Both the position numbers and the translations under genes were made by a program. The notes under the pieces were generated by a model. It made no database searches. It was not told the DNA's origin and saw only the letters and a program-made list of their open reading frames with translations. Positions 1 through 10,317 of a stretch of DNA of 64,000 nt are shown in pieces (positions within the stretch are counted from its first letter, which is position 1; every line of letters starts with the position of its first letter). Source of the DNA: an uncultured delta proteobacterium (GTDB lineage: Bacteria > Bdellovibrionota > FAC87 > UBA2466); NCBI GenBank assembly GCA_963778115.1, contig CAVZSV010000004.1, positions 2,432,001 through 2,496,000 on the forward strand, read 5' to 3'.

Positions 1-2
1 GC

Positions 3-48
3 TGTCGGTGCGAGGAACAGGAGCGAAGCGACTCGACGAAGCAATCTC
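3..48 (+). repeat. REP-like palindromic repeat copy (TGTCnnTGCGAGGA...GCAATCTC type)
   Basis: TGTCGGTGCGAGGA...GAGCGAAGCGAC...GAAGCAATCTC just past the uvrC stop. Shares ends with the repeats at 30159/31378-31413 and 32038-32098. Confidence 0.6.
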
Positions 49-70
49 CATGCAGAAGGATGAGTGTCAT

Positions 71-1921
71 TCATTCCTCCTTCCCACTCTCTCCAAACTG
101 CTCCCTCACATTCTCCGCCACCGTCTTCGAAAACCCCGCTTTCACCAGTTCCTCGTAGGACGCAGCACGTATCGCCTCCAAGCTTCCAAACGCCATGAGC
201 AACTTCTTACGTGTCGCTTCACCAACGCCGTTAATCTCAACCAACGCCGACTCTTGAAGCGTTCCCTTGTCCCTTCGATTGCGGTGGCTCTTAATGGCAA
301 AGCGATGCGATTCATCACGCACCTGTTGCAAAAGCCTAAGTGCGGGATGCCCCTCTTTAAGGATGATGGGATTTTTACGGAAAGGGACAAAGATCCGCTC
401 TTCCGATTTCTCCACGGCTTTCCTGGTGAATCCACTTTCGGTACGTGATTTGGCAAGCGAGCAAAGCGGTATCTCTACTTTCAATTCCTCAAGAGCTCGC
501 ATCGCCGATTGCAGCTGACCTTTTCCTCCGTCAATGAGCAGCAGATCCGGCGGCGGGGGGTCTGGTTTACTGAAACGTCGAGTGACCGTCTCATAGATCA
601 TCGCAAAATCATCTTGTCCCTCAACGGTTTTGGGATAGTAAAGGCGGTAGCGCGCTTTCAGTGGTTTTTCGTCGGCAAAGTGGACCAGCGAAACTGCCGG
701 ACGAGTGCCCTGGAGATTGGAGACGTCAATTCCTTCAATGCTGTGGGGAACATCTTTGAGATCCAAAATTTTCTGCAATTGAACCGAAGCCGACTCCCCC
801 GTTTTTAAATTAGATTCTTGAAAGAGCAGTTTCGCGTTCTGCTGCGCCATCCCTAGTAAGCGCATTCCTTTTTCGTTTCGTCTCACTCGGATACGTACGG
901 GTTTTTTCGCTCGGTCGACCAAGAATTTCTCCAGAGTGGCTCGATCGGGAAAATCTTCACTTATCCAAATTTCGTCGGGGATGAGCGATACGGTATAGAA
1001 CTGCTCAAGAAACGTCCGTGTAGCGTCTTCGATACTGCCGAGGGCAAGGCTCATTCTTTGGGATCGTCTGCCGGTAAGAAATCCCGAACGAATAAACAGA
1101 ACCACCCATTGAACGTCTCCATCCTGCTCATGACGGCCCACGACATCGATATCGAAAAGGGCATCCGAGAGTACGGCGTCCTGCTTTTCGGTAATCTTTT
1201 CGACGGCAGAGATCTTATCTCTTAAGGTCCGGGCCCTTTCATACTCCATAAGGTCCGAAGCTTTCTTCATGTCTTGTTTCAGCGTACGCAGAAGAAGCTG
1301 CTTTTTCCCCCGTAAAAAAAGCGACGCATCCCGAATCTGTTTCGAGTAATCACTTTGCGAGACCAGATCCACGCAAGGAGCGGTACAGGTCCCAATCTCA
1401 TAATTCAGACAAGGACGGGTACGGTTCTTAAATTTCTGATCGGAACAGTCACGAATTTGAAACGTCTTGAGTAAAAAACGGCCAATCTCGTTTACGCCAG
1501 CGCTAAACGGGCCAAAATATTTTAGCTTCGGCGAGGGGATAACCTTACGAGTGATGCGAAATTGAGGGAAAGGATGGGTAAAGTCGAGTACGACATAGGG
1601 ATAATTCTTGTCGTCCTTAAGACGGACGTTGTAGCGCGGACGGTGCTTCTTAATGAGGTTGCACTCTAGTAGGAGTGCTTCAAGCTCCGTGTTGGTCACG
1701 GTGAACTCGATATCGGCTATCTTTCCGACTAAAAGGCGGGTTCTTCCTGGAAGCGAATCGATCTTTTGAAAGTAAGACTTCACCCGGTTGCGCAGGTGTT
1801 TGGCCTTTCCGACATACAAAATGCGACCGTAGGCGTCCTTCATTAGATAGACGCCGGGATCCTTCGGAAATTCCTTCGCGCGGACTAACAGCTGTGTCTG
1901 TAAAGGGGACGAGGGGGCCAT
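71..1921 (-). CDS. uvrC: Excinuclease ABC subunit C
   Basis: N-terminal GIY-YIG motifs (PGVYLM, LYVGKAKHLRNRVKSYF), PDLLLIDGGKGQL, RDESHRFAI, C-terminal HhH. Confidence 0.97.
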   Translation of the reverse strand: MAPSSPLQTQLLVRAKEFPKDPGVYLMKDAYGRILYVGKAKHLRNRVKSYFQKIDSLPGRTRLLVGKIADIEFTVTNTELEALLLECNLIKKHRPRYNVRLKDDKNYPYVVLDFTHPFPQFRITRKVIPSPKLKYFGPFSAGVNEIGRFLLKTFQIRDCSDQKFKNRTRPCLNYEIGTCTAPCVDLVSQSDYSKQIRDASLFLRGKKQLLLRTLKQDMKKASDLMEYERARTLRDKISAVEKITEKQDAVLSDALFDIDVVGRHEQDGDVQWVVLFIRSGFLTGRRSQRMSLALGSIEDATRTFLEQFYTVSLIPDEIWISEDFPDRATLEKFLVDRAKKPVRIRVRRNEKGMRLLGMAQQNAKLLFQESNLKTGESASVQLQKILDLKDVPHSIEGIDVSNLQGTRPAVSLVHFADEKPLKARYRLYYPKTVEGQDDFAMIYETVTRRFSKPDPPPPDLLLIDGGKGQLQSAMRALEELKVEIPLCSLAKSRTESGFTRKAVEKSEERIFVPFRKNPIILKEGHPALRLLQQVRDESHRFAIKSHRNRRDKGTLQESALVEINGVGEATRKKLLMAFGSLEAIRAASYEELVKAGFSKTVAENVREQFGESGKEE

Positions 1922-1960
1922 AGTGACAAAAACCTCTGTTGAGACAATTATCTTAGAGCG

Positions 1961-2536
1961 ATGGCAACTAAACGCCTCTTTTTCGGAATTCGCCCTGACC
2001 CTGGGATATTACGGGAACTTGAGGCTCGCCAACAAGTGTTCCGCGAAAATGAGGTCATGAAAGCACTTGGCGAGGACTGCCGGTGGGTTCGCGCTCAAGA
2101 TTTCCACATTACCCTTCACTTTCTTGGTTTGATTGAAACTCGCCAAGAGTTAGAGATCCGAGAGGTTATCCGGCGTACTCGTTGGGGGGGAGCATGTGTC
2201 CAAAGGCTTGATCACGTAGCGGCGTTTCCTCAGAAAAGCCGGGCGACGGTGGCTGGGATCGGTGGGCTGAACGGTCCTTTGGAAGAGTTACATATGAAAA
2301 TGAAGCCGCTTCTAATGAATGCCGGCGTCATTTTAGAGAAAAGACGCTTCTATCCTCATGTCACGCTGGTCCGATTTCGATCGGCTCTCGACTGGGATGG
2401 ACGGCTCCCTGTGATTCCCCCTATAGATGTTAACGTTAAGACAGTGATTCTATTTCAAAGCCTGGCCGGTAAGGGGAAAGGTAGCACGGGCTCGCGTTAT
2501 GAAATTCTTGAGGAATTTCCCCTTGCTCCAGCTTAG
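1961..2536 (+). CDS. thpR: RNA 2',3'-cyclic phosphodiesterase (2H family)
   Basis: RLFFGI start and two HxT motifs (HITLHFLG, PHVTLVR). Confidence 0.88.
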   Translation: MATKRLFFGIRPDPGILRELEARQQVFRENEVMKALGEDCRWVRAQDFHITLHFLGLIETRQELEIREVIRRTRWGGACVQRLDHVAAFPQKSRATVAGIGGLNGPLEELHMKMKPLLMNAGVILEKRRFYPHVTLVRFRSALDWDGRLPVIPPIDVNVKTVILFQSLAGKGKGSTGSRYEILEEFPLAPA

Positions 2537-2574
2537 GTGCCATGTTAACCATGCGAGCTAGTGTTTTAGTGATT

Positions 2575-2673
2575 ACACACGCCCCTTTGAATTCTCTGGT
2601 CTCTCACTGAATTCAGCCTAGCTGAAAATCAGATAAGGGCCCTAGGGGCGGCGGCGGATAAACCGGAGGAACT
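2575..2673 (+). promoter_or_regulatory. Putative structured rpsB leader (S2 autoregulation)
   Basis: ACACACG followed by CGCCCCT (2580-2586), which can pair with AGGGGCG (2644-2650). GGAGG RBS follows. Position matches known rpsB leaders. Confidence 0.45.
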
Positions 2674-3606
2674 ATGCCTGACATTTCCATGAAAAATATG
2701 CTTGAGGCCGGTGTGCATTTTGGCCACCAGACTCACCGTTGGAATCCCAAGATGAAGCCTTTCATCTTCGCGCCTCGCAACGGAATCTACATTATCGATC
2801 TTGAAAAGACCGTGCGTCATTCGAAGGATGCCTGCAATTTCGTCCGCAACATTGTGGCCGAAGGAGGCAAAGTTCTTTTCGTGGCCACCAAGAAGCAAGC
2901 GACCGTCGTGACCCGCGAAGCGGCACAGCGGTCCAATATGCCTAACGTCACTGAGCGATGGCTCGGAGGCACATTAACGAATTTTTCTACCATTCGTCGT
3001 GGAGTGGAGCGGCTCGAGGAGCTAGAGCGGTGGAAAGAAGATGGCACCTACGACGCGCTTCCCAAAAAAGAGACTGTCATGTTGGAGCGTAAGAGAAAGA
3101 AGTTGGACGCCAGTCTTGGCGGTATCCGACATCTGAAGGGATTACCGGCGGCGATGTTTGTCATTGATCCTGAGACCGAAAGGATCGCGGTCCGAGAGGC
3201 CAATCGTCTTGGAGTTCCCGTTGTGGCGTTGGTGGACACCAACTGCAATCCAGACCCCATCGATTACGTCATTCCGGGTAACGATGATGCGCTCAAATCG
3301 GTAACGCTCTTTGTGAACTTGATAGCCGACGCTTGTATCGAAGGCGCCCAAGTTTATGAGCAACGCATGCGCGGGGGAGCGTCCGCAGGACAAGCTGCCT
3401 CAAGCGGTGAAGCGGGTCAGCCCACAGAAGGGGCTCCGCAACCGGCTGTGGCCGCAGGTCCCGTGGTGGAGCGAGTGGTTCGCAAGAAACTAAAGATTCC
3501 GACCGAAATCGATTATCGCGAACCGGCTGATGGTGAAGAAGAACAGCCCGCGGTGGAAGGTGCCGGAGTTGAGCCCGAAGGAACCCCCGAAGGCGAGACC
3601 CCCTAA
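2674..3606 (+). CDS. rpsB: 30S ribosomal protein S2 with acidic low-complexity C-terminal extension
   Basis: [42 protein letters not shown]. Confidence 0.98.
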   Translation: MPDISMKNMLEAGVHFGHQTHRWNPKMKPFIFAPRNGIYIIDLEKTVRHSKDACNFVRNIVAEGGKVLFVATKKQATVVTREAAQRSNMPNVTERWLGGTLTNFSTIRRGVERLEELERWKEDGTYDALPKKETVMLERKRKKLDASLGGIRHLKGLPAAMFVIDPETERIAVREANRLGVPVVALVDTNCNPDPIDYVIPGNDDALKSVTLFVNLIADACIEGAQVYEQRMRGGASAGQAASSGEAGQPTEGAPQPAVAAGPVVERVVRKKLKIPTEIDYREPADGEEEQPAVEGAGVEPEGTPEGETP

Positions 3607-3640
3607 TTCCAAAACTTTTGATTTTGAAGGAGAAGTCTCT

Positions 3641-4276
3641 GTGAGTGTGAGTACCGGTGGCGGAGCCAATCAAGTAAAAGAGTTAAGAGAGAGAACCGGG
3701 GCGGGATTCCTGGAGTGCAAGAAAGCGCTTGAGGAGACCAAGAACGATCTCGAAAAGGCGATTAATTATCTTCGTGAGAAGGGCCTAGCCGCCGCCCACA
3801 AAAAGCAGGGTCGTGTTGCCAAAGATGGCCGTGTTCACGCTTACATTCACGGCAACGGCAAAGTTGGCGTTCTCGTCGAAGTAAACTGCGAAACCGATTT
3901 CGTGGCAAAGACGGACGAGTTTCAATCTTTTGTTAATAATGTCGCCCTCCACATCGCGGCCGCGAATCCGCGATATCTCGTCAAAGACCAGGTTCCCGCT
4001 GAAGATGTCGATAAAGAGAAAGCCATTTTCCGCGTTCAGGCGGAGGAGTCGGGCAAAAAGGGACCTGTTATTGAAAAGATCGTGGAAGGTAAGATTGGTA
4101 AGTTCTACGAAGAGGTTTGTCTGCTCCATCAGAAATACGTCAAGGAGCCGGAAAAATCTATCGAGGACCTAGTGAAAGAGACCATTGCCAAGCTGGGAGA
4201 GAACATTGCGATTCGCCGCTTTGTGCGATTTCAGCTAGGTGAAGGCGTGAAGACCCTAACGGAAGAAGGGGCTTAA
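3641..4276 (+). CDS. tsf: Elongation factor Ts (short form)
   Basis: VKELRERTGAG..CKKAL and EVNCETDFVA. GTG start at 3641 after GAAGGAG; 3647 is an alternative. Confidence 0.97.
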   Translation: MSVSTGGGANQVKELRERTGAGFLECKKALEETKNDLEKAINYLREKGLAAAHKKQGRVAKDGRVHAYIHGNGKVGVLVEVNCETDFVAKTDEFQSFVNNVALHIAAANPRYLVKDQVPAEDVDKEKAIFRVQAEESGKKGPVIEKIVEGKIGKFYEEVCLLHQKYVKEPEKSIEDLVKETIAKLGENIAIRRFVRFQLGEGVKTLTEEGA

Positions 4277-4303
4277 AGCCCAGGGAAACACGCTTCAAGG
4301 ACC

Positions 4304-5038
4304 ATGAAGGTGACTGCACCAATTGCTCGATATAAACGCGTCCTTCTTAAACTAAGCGGTGAAGCTTTGGCCGGGGAAAAATCCTCTGGCATCGACACCG
4401 AGATCATCAAACGCATTGCCGGTGAAATCAAAGTAGTTCACGAGTTAGGCGTTGAGATTGCCATAGTCCTCGGTGGTGGCAATATTTTTCGTGGCATAGC
4501 TGGGACGGCCCAAGGCATGGAAAGAGCCTCCAGCGATTACATGGGAATGCTCGCCACGGTGATCAATAGTCTCGCCCTCCAAGACTGTCTGGAAAAAGTG
4601 GATGTCTTCACGCGGGTGATGTCGGCCATCGAGATGCATCAATTGTGCGAGGCGTATATTCGTCGTCGCGCAATGAGGCATCTTGAGAAAAAAAGAGTCG
4701 TCATATTTGCAGCAGGGACGGGCAATCCCTATTTCACGACGGACACGGCGGCAAGTCTCAGAGCGATGGAAGTAGGTTCCGAAATCATTCTGAAAGCGAC
4801 TCGTGTCGACGGAGTTTATAGTGCGGATCCTCTTATCGATCGCAATGCGACGATGTTCAAAAGTTTGACTTACCTTGACGTTTTGCAAAAGAATTTGAAG
4901 GTGATGGATTCTACGGCAATTTCACTTTGCATGGATCACAATCTTCCTATACTGGTTTTCAATTTAAACACGCCTGGAAATTTCAAACGCGTGATTTTAG
5001 GAGAACCGTTGGGCACGATCGTAAGGAGGGAAGGGTGA
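4304..5038 (+). CDS. pyrH: UMP kinase
   Basis: [32 protein letters not shown]. Confidence 0.98.
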   Translation: MKVTAPIARYKRVLLKLSGEALAGEKSSGIDTEIIKRIAGEIKVVHELGVEIAIVLGGGNIFRGIAGTAQGMERASSDYMGMLATVINSLALQDCLEKVDVFTRVMSAIEMHQLCEAYIRRRAMRHLEKKRVVIFAAGTGNPYFTTDTAASLRAMEVGSEIILKATRVDGVYSADPLIDRNATMFKSLTYLDVLQKNLKVMDSTAISLCMDHNLPILVFNLNTPGNFKRVILGEPLGTIVRREG

Positions 5039-5577
5039 GCGATCTGAATCAGACCAAGAAGCATATGGAGAAAGCTTTAGAGCATTTGAAGGTTGAATTT
5101 TCTCGTTTACGAGTTGGCCGTGCCACGACTTCGATGGTCGAGGGTGTCAAAGTCGAAGTGTACGGAAGTGCCATGACACTAAAAGAGGTGGCGGCTTTAG
5201 CGATTCCTGATGCGCGATCCATTACGATTACGCCGTGGGACCGTAGTGTCATCGCTGATATCGAAAAAGGAATCCTTGCTGCAAACCTCGGACTCACTCC
5301 GATTAACGACGGAAAGTTAATTCGAATCAATCTGCCTCCTTTGACCGAGGATCGTCGTAAAGACTTCGTCAAACAGATAAAGAAATTCGGCGAAGATGCC
5401 AAAGTAACGGTTCGCAACGTTCGCCGAGATGCCATGGACGGCTTTAAGGAGTTAAAAGACAAGTCTGAAGATGAAGTCCGCAGACTCCAAGACGAAATTC
5501 AGAAATCTACGGATCATTTCATCGAAGAGGTAGATCGCCTTGTGGAGGCGAAATCTAAAGAAGTGATGACCTTGTAG
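5035..5577 (+). CDS. frr: Ribosome recycling factor
   Basis: [34 protein letters not shown] start overlaps the pyrH stop (GTGA). Confidence 0.96.
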   Translation: MSDLNQTKKHMEKALEHLKVEFSRLRVGRATTSMVEGVKVEVYGSAMTLKEVAALAIPDARSITITPWDRSVIADIEKGILAANLGLTPINDGKLIRINLPPLTEDRRKDFVKQIKKFGEDAKVTVRNVRRDAMDGFKELKDKSEDEVRRLQDEIQKSTDHFIEEVDRLVEAKSKEVMTL

Positions 5578-5583
5578 ATCGGA

Positions 5584-6429
5584 ATGAGTGCTTCTGACAC
5601 AAAGAACACCCCTGGATCCCCGATCACCGGATACCCACAACATGTCGCCATCATTATGGACGGGAATGGTCGTTGGGCGAAAAACCGTAAACTAGGCCGT
5701 TCATGGGGCCATCGTGCCGGGGCCAAAAGAGCCGATGAGATCGTCAACCGTGCCTGTAAACTTGGTATCCGCTATCTCACTCTCTACGCCTTTTCGACGG
5801 AAAATTGGAACCGGCCTTCGTTTGAAGTGAATACGTTGATGCGGCTGTTAGTGAGTCACTTAAGAACGATGGATAAGAAGTTATTGCGTAACCGCGTTAG
5901 GCTAGTGACTCAGGGACAAACCGATAGGTTACCTAAATTCGTGCAAACGGAACTAAAGCGAGTGATCAAACTTACCCAATTTCCTGATCCCGCACTCACG
6001 CTTAACCTTGCTCTTTCTTACGGAGGAAGACAGGAAATCATTGATTCCGCCAAAGCGATAGCCAGAAAGGTCGCTTCGGGAGAGATGTCGGCAAATGCGA
6101 TTGAGCAGATAGACGAGTCGGTCTTTAAGGCGCATCTGTACCGGCCCGAGTTCCCCGATCCCGATGTTCTTATTCGAACCGGAGGCGAACTGAGGGTAAG
6201 CAATTTCCTTCTGTGGGAGATCGCTTACACGGAAATTATTGTGGTGCAGAATTTGTGGCCCGATTTTACGGGAGATGTTTTTGAAGCCTCCTTGGCTCAG
6301 TTCGCCGGAAGAGAGCGTCGTTTTGGAAAAACTTCCGAGCAGATTGAACAAGAAAGTGGAAATCGCGTTCTTACTCCAAATGAGAAGATGTCGTCGACTT
6401 CATACGGGGTGAGGTCAAAAAATATATGA
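5584..6429 (+). CDS. uppS: Undecaprenyl diphosphate synthase
   Basis: HVAIIMDGNGRWA, YAFSTENWNRP, PDVLIRTGGELRVSNFLLW. Confidence 0.97.
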   Translation: MSASDTKNTPGSPITGYPQHVAIIMDGNGRWAKNRKLGRSWGHRAGAKRADEIVNRACKLGIRYLTLYAFSTENWNRPSFEVNTLMRLLVSHLRTMDKKLLRNRVRLVTQGQTDRLPKFVQTELKRVIKLTQFPDPALTLNLALSYGGRQEIIDSAKAIARKVASGEMSANAIEQIDESVFKAHLYRPEFPDPDVLIRTGGELRVSNFLLWEIAYTEIIVVQNLWPDFTGDVFEASLAQFAGRERRFGKTSEQIEQESGNRVLTPNEKMSSTSYGVRSKNI

Positions 6430-7247
6430 AGCAGAGGATTGTTTTTGGACTTGCCGCGGCCGCTCTGCTTATCGCCTTGGTCTTCAAGGGCAACCTGTTT
6501 CTCATCACGCTTGTCGTGGTGGGATTTGCGGTACTTGCTTACCTGGAATTTGATCGCCTGTTTTTTTCAAACGTTTCGCGGCTCCGCCACCTTAGAATGT
6601 CATGTCTGATTGCGTTCGCGATTCTTGCCATGATTCAAAATCAGATAGCCGGATGGATTTCGCTTTGGCTGTCTTTTATCTTTCTCTGCTCCTGGAGGGT
6701 CATCCTTTCGAATCGTTCGGGTGATTTCGTTCGGGAGACGAGAGAATTGGCGCTTGAGTTTTTGGGATTGGTTTACGTATTAGCGCTTTTTGGATTTTTT
6801 GTGCCTATCTGGAACCTCGAGTTGGGTCGTTACTATCTCATGCTGCTTTTTATTTTGGTGTTTCTTGGAGACACAGGGGCCTATTTTATCGGAATTCGCT
6901 TGGGACGCCATCGGCTCGCCACGAAGTTAAGCCCCAAGAAATCGCTCGAAGGAGCCGTAGCCGCCGTGTTTTTTTCGACACTAGGGGGAGTCCTTTATGC
7001 CTGGTATTTCATCCCAAGCCTCTCCGAACATCGGTTTGTCTTTAAACTAATGCTCTTCGCTCCCCTAGTCAGTGTGCTCGCCCAGCTGGGAGATCTGTTT
7101 GAGTCGCTTTTCAAAAGAAGTGTGGCTCAAAAAGACTCGGGCAATTTCCTTCCTGGTCATGGAGGGCTTTTGGATCGGATTGACGGTCTAGCTCTGGTGG
7201 CCCCCGTCTATTATTTCTTTTTACTTTTTGTGGTGCAAAGATCATGA
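6426..7247 (+). CDS. cdsA: Phosphatidate cytidylyltransferase
   Basis: Multi-TM protein with SPKKSLEG, GDLFESLFKR, KDSG..LPGHGGLLDRID. Confidence 0.96.
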   Translation: MKQRIVFGLAAAALLIALVFKGNLFLITLVVVGFAVLAYLEFDRLFFSNVSRLRHLRMSCLIAFAILAMIQNQIAGWISLWLSFIFLCSWRVILSNRSGDFVRETRELALEFLGLVYVLALFGFFVPIWNLELGRYYLMLLFILVFLGDTGAYFIGIRLGRHRLATKLSPKKSLEGAVAAVFFSTLGGVLYAWYFIPSLSEHRFVFKLMLFAPLVSVLAQLGDLFESLFKRSVAQKDSGNFLPGHGGLLDRIDGLALVAPVYYFFLLFVVQRS

Positions 7248-8431
7248 GTGACCGCCCGACCGAAAAAAGTATCCCTAGAAGAGGCATTAGTGTTTTGGGG
7301 AGTACGGGCTCCATTGGAACTCAGTGCCTGCAGATCATCGAATCGAATCCGGAAAAATTTGTCGTTGCTTCGCTAGCGGCGGGGCGCAACATTGACCGGC
7401 TTCGGGGACAAATCCGCCAGTTCTGGCCCAGCGTGGTTGCCGTCGAGAGTAGTACGGACGCCGCAGCCTTAAGAGCGGAGTTCCCTGAAGTAGAGATCGG
7501 ACACGGAATTGAGGGGATACGCCGCTGCATTTCTGCCGAAGGTGCCGATATCGTTGTGATGGGGATTGTGGGCTTTGCCGCGCTTGAACCTACATTGGAT
7601 GCGATTGCTAAAGACAAGACCGTCGCTTTAGCGAATAAGGAATCGCTCGTGGTGGCAGGTTCGTTACTCAAAGAGCTAGTTGCAAAGACTGGCAGCAAGA
7701 TCATTCCCGTCGATAGCGAACACAACGCGCTTTACCAGCTTTTGGAGGGAAGAGAGCGATCTCAAGTGAAGAGCGTTGTTTTGACGGCTAGCGGGGGCCC
7801 TTTGCTTAAGCTTCCGGATCTGCCGCTCGAGGAAGTCACTCCGGCCATCGCCATTCGCCATCCCAATTGGAATATGGGGCCCAAGATTTCGGTCGACTCC
7901 GCCACTTTGATGAACAAAGGGTTAGAGCTTATCGAAGCCCATTTTCTCTTTGAGGTGGCTCCTCGGGAAATTGAAGTGTGGATACATCCGCAGAGCATTG
8001 TTCATGGAGCCATTTGGCTTAGGGACAATACCTGTCTGGCGCAGCTCAGCAAACCTGACATGCGCTCTGCCATCGGCTATGCAATGTCACCGGAAGCTCG
8101 ATTGGACAATGTGATTCCTAAGTTGTCGCTTAAAGAGATGGCCCGGTTAGAGTTCCTTGAGCCTGACGAAAGACGTTTTCCTGCACTGCGGCTCGCCCGA
8201 GAGGCATTGCTTGCTGGCGCTAGCTCCCTGATCGCGCTTAACGCGGCAAATGAGGTGGCGGTCACCGCCTTTTTAGAGGGAAAGCTGCTTTTCCCAGGAA
8301 TCGCTTCCAGTATTGAGGAAACCCTTCAAAAACACCCCCAAGCGAGCATTAGAACGATAGGGGATGTCTTTGAAGAAGACCGCAAGGCTAGGGAAGAAGC
8401 AGGAAAGGTCGTCCGTCGGATGGGGATATGA
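7244..8431 (+). CDS. dxr: 1-deoxy-D-xylulose-5-phosphate reductoisomerase
   Basis: LGSTGSIG, LANKESLV, PVDSEH, TASGGP, HPNWNMGPKISVDSATLMNKGLE. Confidence 0.98.
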   Translation: MSDRPTEKSIPRRGISVLGSTGSIGTQCLQIIESNPEKFVVASLAAGRNIDRLRGQIRQFWPSVVAVESSTDAAALRAEFPEVEIGHGIEGIRRCISAEGADIVVMGIVGFAALEPTLDAIAKDKTVALANKESLVVAGSLLKELVAKTGSKIIPVDSEHNALYQLLEGRERSQVKSVVLTASGGPLLKLPDLPLEEVTPAIAIRHPNWNMGPKISVDSATLMNKGLELIEAHFLFEVAPREIEVWIHPQSIVHGAIWLRDNTCLAQLSKPDMRSAIGYAMSPEARLDNVIPKLSLKEMARLEFLEPDERRFPALRLAREALLAGASSLIALNAANEVAVTAFLEGKLLFPGIASSIEETLQKHPQASIRTIGDVFEEDRKAREEAGKVVRRMGI

Positions 8432-8466
8432 CACTCTCGCAGCAGAGGGCTCTGCTAGGTTTGCTG

Positions 8467-8496
8467 AGATCCTTCGGCCTAAGGGCCTCAGGATCT
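8467..8496. repeat. Palindromic hairpin or REP-like element
   Basis: AGATCCT-TCGGCCTAAGGGCCTC-AGGATCT inverted repeat. A second hairpin AGCAGAG/CTCTGCT lies at 8441-8456. Confidence 0.5.
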
Positions 8497-8643
8497 AACT
8501 AATTTATGATTTTCGGACACTTCTCTTTCATATAAGCTAGGTTCTTATCCCGAAACGAGGTTTCGCGGTAACCGTTAAGGAAATGGTCCCTAAGGTAATA
8601 GGCTTTAGGATCTCGGCCCGTATCGGGCAGCTCTGGAGGCAGC

Positions 8644-10317
8644 GTGTTTACTTCTGCGGTGTTCACATCGGTAGTTGGCGTTGTCGTGCTTCTGGGAGGA
8701 CTCATCTTCTTCCACGAGTTCGGCCACTACATTATCGCCAAACTTTTCGGCGTCCGGGTCGAAGTGTTTTCGCTAGGATTTGGAAAGAAGATCTTTCGTC
8801 GCCAGATCGGCGAGACAGAATATTGCATCTCGCTTTTTCCGTTGGGTGGGTACGTAAAGCTCATGGGTGATGATCCCTACAAGAGCGTTCCCGCGGCGGA
8901 AGCCCATCGTGCTTTTTCTACTCAAAAGCTCTACAAGAGATTTGCGATCGTGTCCGCCGGGCCGCTTTTTAATCTTCTTCTGGCCTTCGTGCTTTTCATG
9001 GTGGTTTTCTGGTTTGGTCAGCCAATGTCGGGGACCCGTGTGGGAAGTGTCATTGTCGATAGTCCAGCTTGGGACGCGGGGATTCGCCCCAAAGATCGCA
9101 TTGCGGAAGTCAGCGGGCAAAAGCTTCAGACCTGGAGCGAATTAGAGGATACGCTAAAAAATCGCTTAGGTGAAAAAGTAGAGCTAGTCATTGAGCGAGG
9201 AAATACCGAGCTGCGCATTCCCTATGTGGTCGGCAAAGTCCGAACCAAGAACGCTTATGGGGAGGATGAAGAGGTCGGAGGAATTAAAGGAGTGATGTCG
9301 ACGCCTTTGGATCCCGTCATCGGCATCTCCAATCCCGATTCGATCGCTTACAAAGCAGGCCTTCGTTCTGGAAATCTCATTACTAAGATCGGTTCTCGCG
9401 ACATCGTCGTGTACGAAGATATTAATGAAGCTCTTTCCGCTTTCTGGAAGAACGATTCGCCCCTGACGATTTCAGTTAAGCAGGGGGAAGAGGGAAATGG
9501 TCCGGAGAAATCCTTTAGTGTCGTATTACCGGCGCTGCCTGCGGCGGATAAGATAAACGCTTTGGGATTGGCAGGGGTCTTAGGGATCTATCCCTCAGAG
9601 CTATTTGTGAAAAAAGTATCCCCGGATAGCCCAGCGGAAAAAGGGGGACTTTTGGCGGGAGATCGTATGGTCTCCGTTGCCGGCCTGCCCATCTATAATT
9701 TCGAATCGATTGTGGATTCCGTCCAAAGTGAGGGCGCCAAAGGAGAAACCATTCCTTTTATCGTTGAGCGTGCGGGAAAGCTGGTGACTTTGAGTCTTAA
9801 GCCAATCCAGACGACTCAAGAAGATCCGCTCACTCGTCAACCGGTTACCAAATTTATGGTGGGGTTTGCTCCCGCGACCGTTCTTCACGAACCGGAATAT
9901 GTGAGTGTGATTTATCACAATCCGATACAACTCATTTCTCACTCGGCCTCGGAAACGTTTCTTTTGGCCGAACGGATGTTAATCAGCATCGCAAAGCTTG
10001 TGACGAGAAAGATCTCGGTCAAGAATCTGGGAGGACCCGTGCTGATAGCTACGGTCGCCGGTAGAAGTCTTGACGCGGGCATCATTCCTTTTCTTCAGAT
10101 GATGGCGCTAATCAGCATCAACCTGTTTCTATTGAATCTGTTTCCGATCCCCATCTTGGACGGAGGCCATTTGCTGTTTTTTATTATTGAAGGAATTAAA
10201 GGTAGGCCCGTATCGATCCGCACAATGGAGATCGCCAATCAAATCGGAATGGTTTTCATTTTGATGTTGGTTGGGCTGACTCTCTTTAACGACATATCCA
10301 GGATTATCGTACATTGA
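8644..10317 (+). CDS. rseP: RIP metalloprotease RseP (M50, multiple PDZ domains)
   Basis: HEFGH, PLGGYVK, AGPLFN, NLFPIPILDGGH. Follows dxr as is typical. Confidence 0.95.
   Translation: MFTSAVFTSVVGVVVLLGGLIFFHEFGHYIIAKLFGVRVEVFSLGFGKKIFRRQIGETEYCISLFPLGGYVKLMGDDPYKSVPAAEAHRAFSTQKLYKRFAIVSAGPLFNLLLAFVLFMVVFWFGQPMSGTRVGSVIVDSPAWDAGIRPKDRIAEVSGQKLQTWSELEDTLKNRLGEKVELVIERGNTELRIPYVVGKVRTKNAYGEDEEVGGIKGVMSTPLDPVIGISNPDSIAYKAGLRSGNLITKIGSRDIVVYEDINEALSAFWKNDSPLTISVKQGEEGNGPEKSFSVVLPALPAADKINALGLAGVLGIYPSELFVKKVSPDSPAEKGGLLAGDRMVSVAGLPIYNFESIVDSVQSEGAKGETIPFIVERAGKLVTLSLKPIQTTQEDPLTRQPVTKFMVGFAPATVLHEPEYVSVIYHNPIQLISHSASETFLLAERMLISIAKLVTRKISVKNLGGPVLIATVAGRSLDAGIIPFLQMMALISINLFLLNLFPIPILDGGHLLFFIIEGIKGRPVSIRTMEIANQIGMVFILMLVGLTLFNDISRIIVH

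Noticed and set aside
8..448. 146-aa plus-strand ORF and the many similar short ORFs in the track
   Set aside because: They are antisense or off-frame shadows of well-supported genes (here uvrC) with no recognisable motifs.
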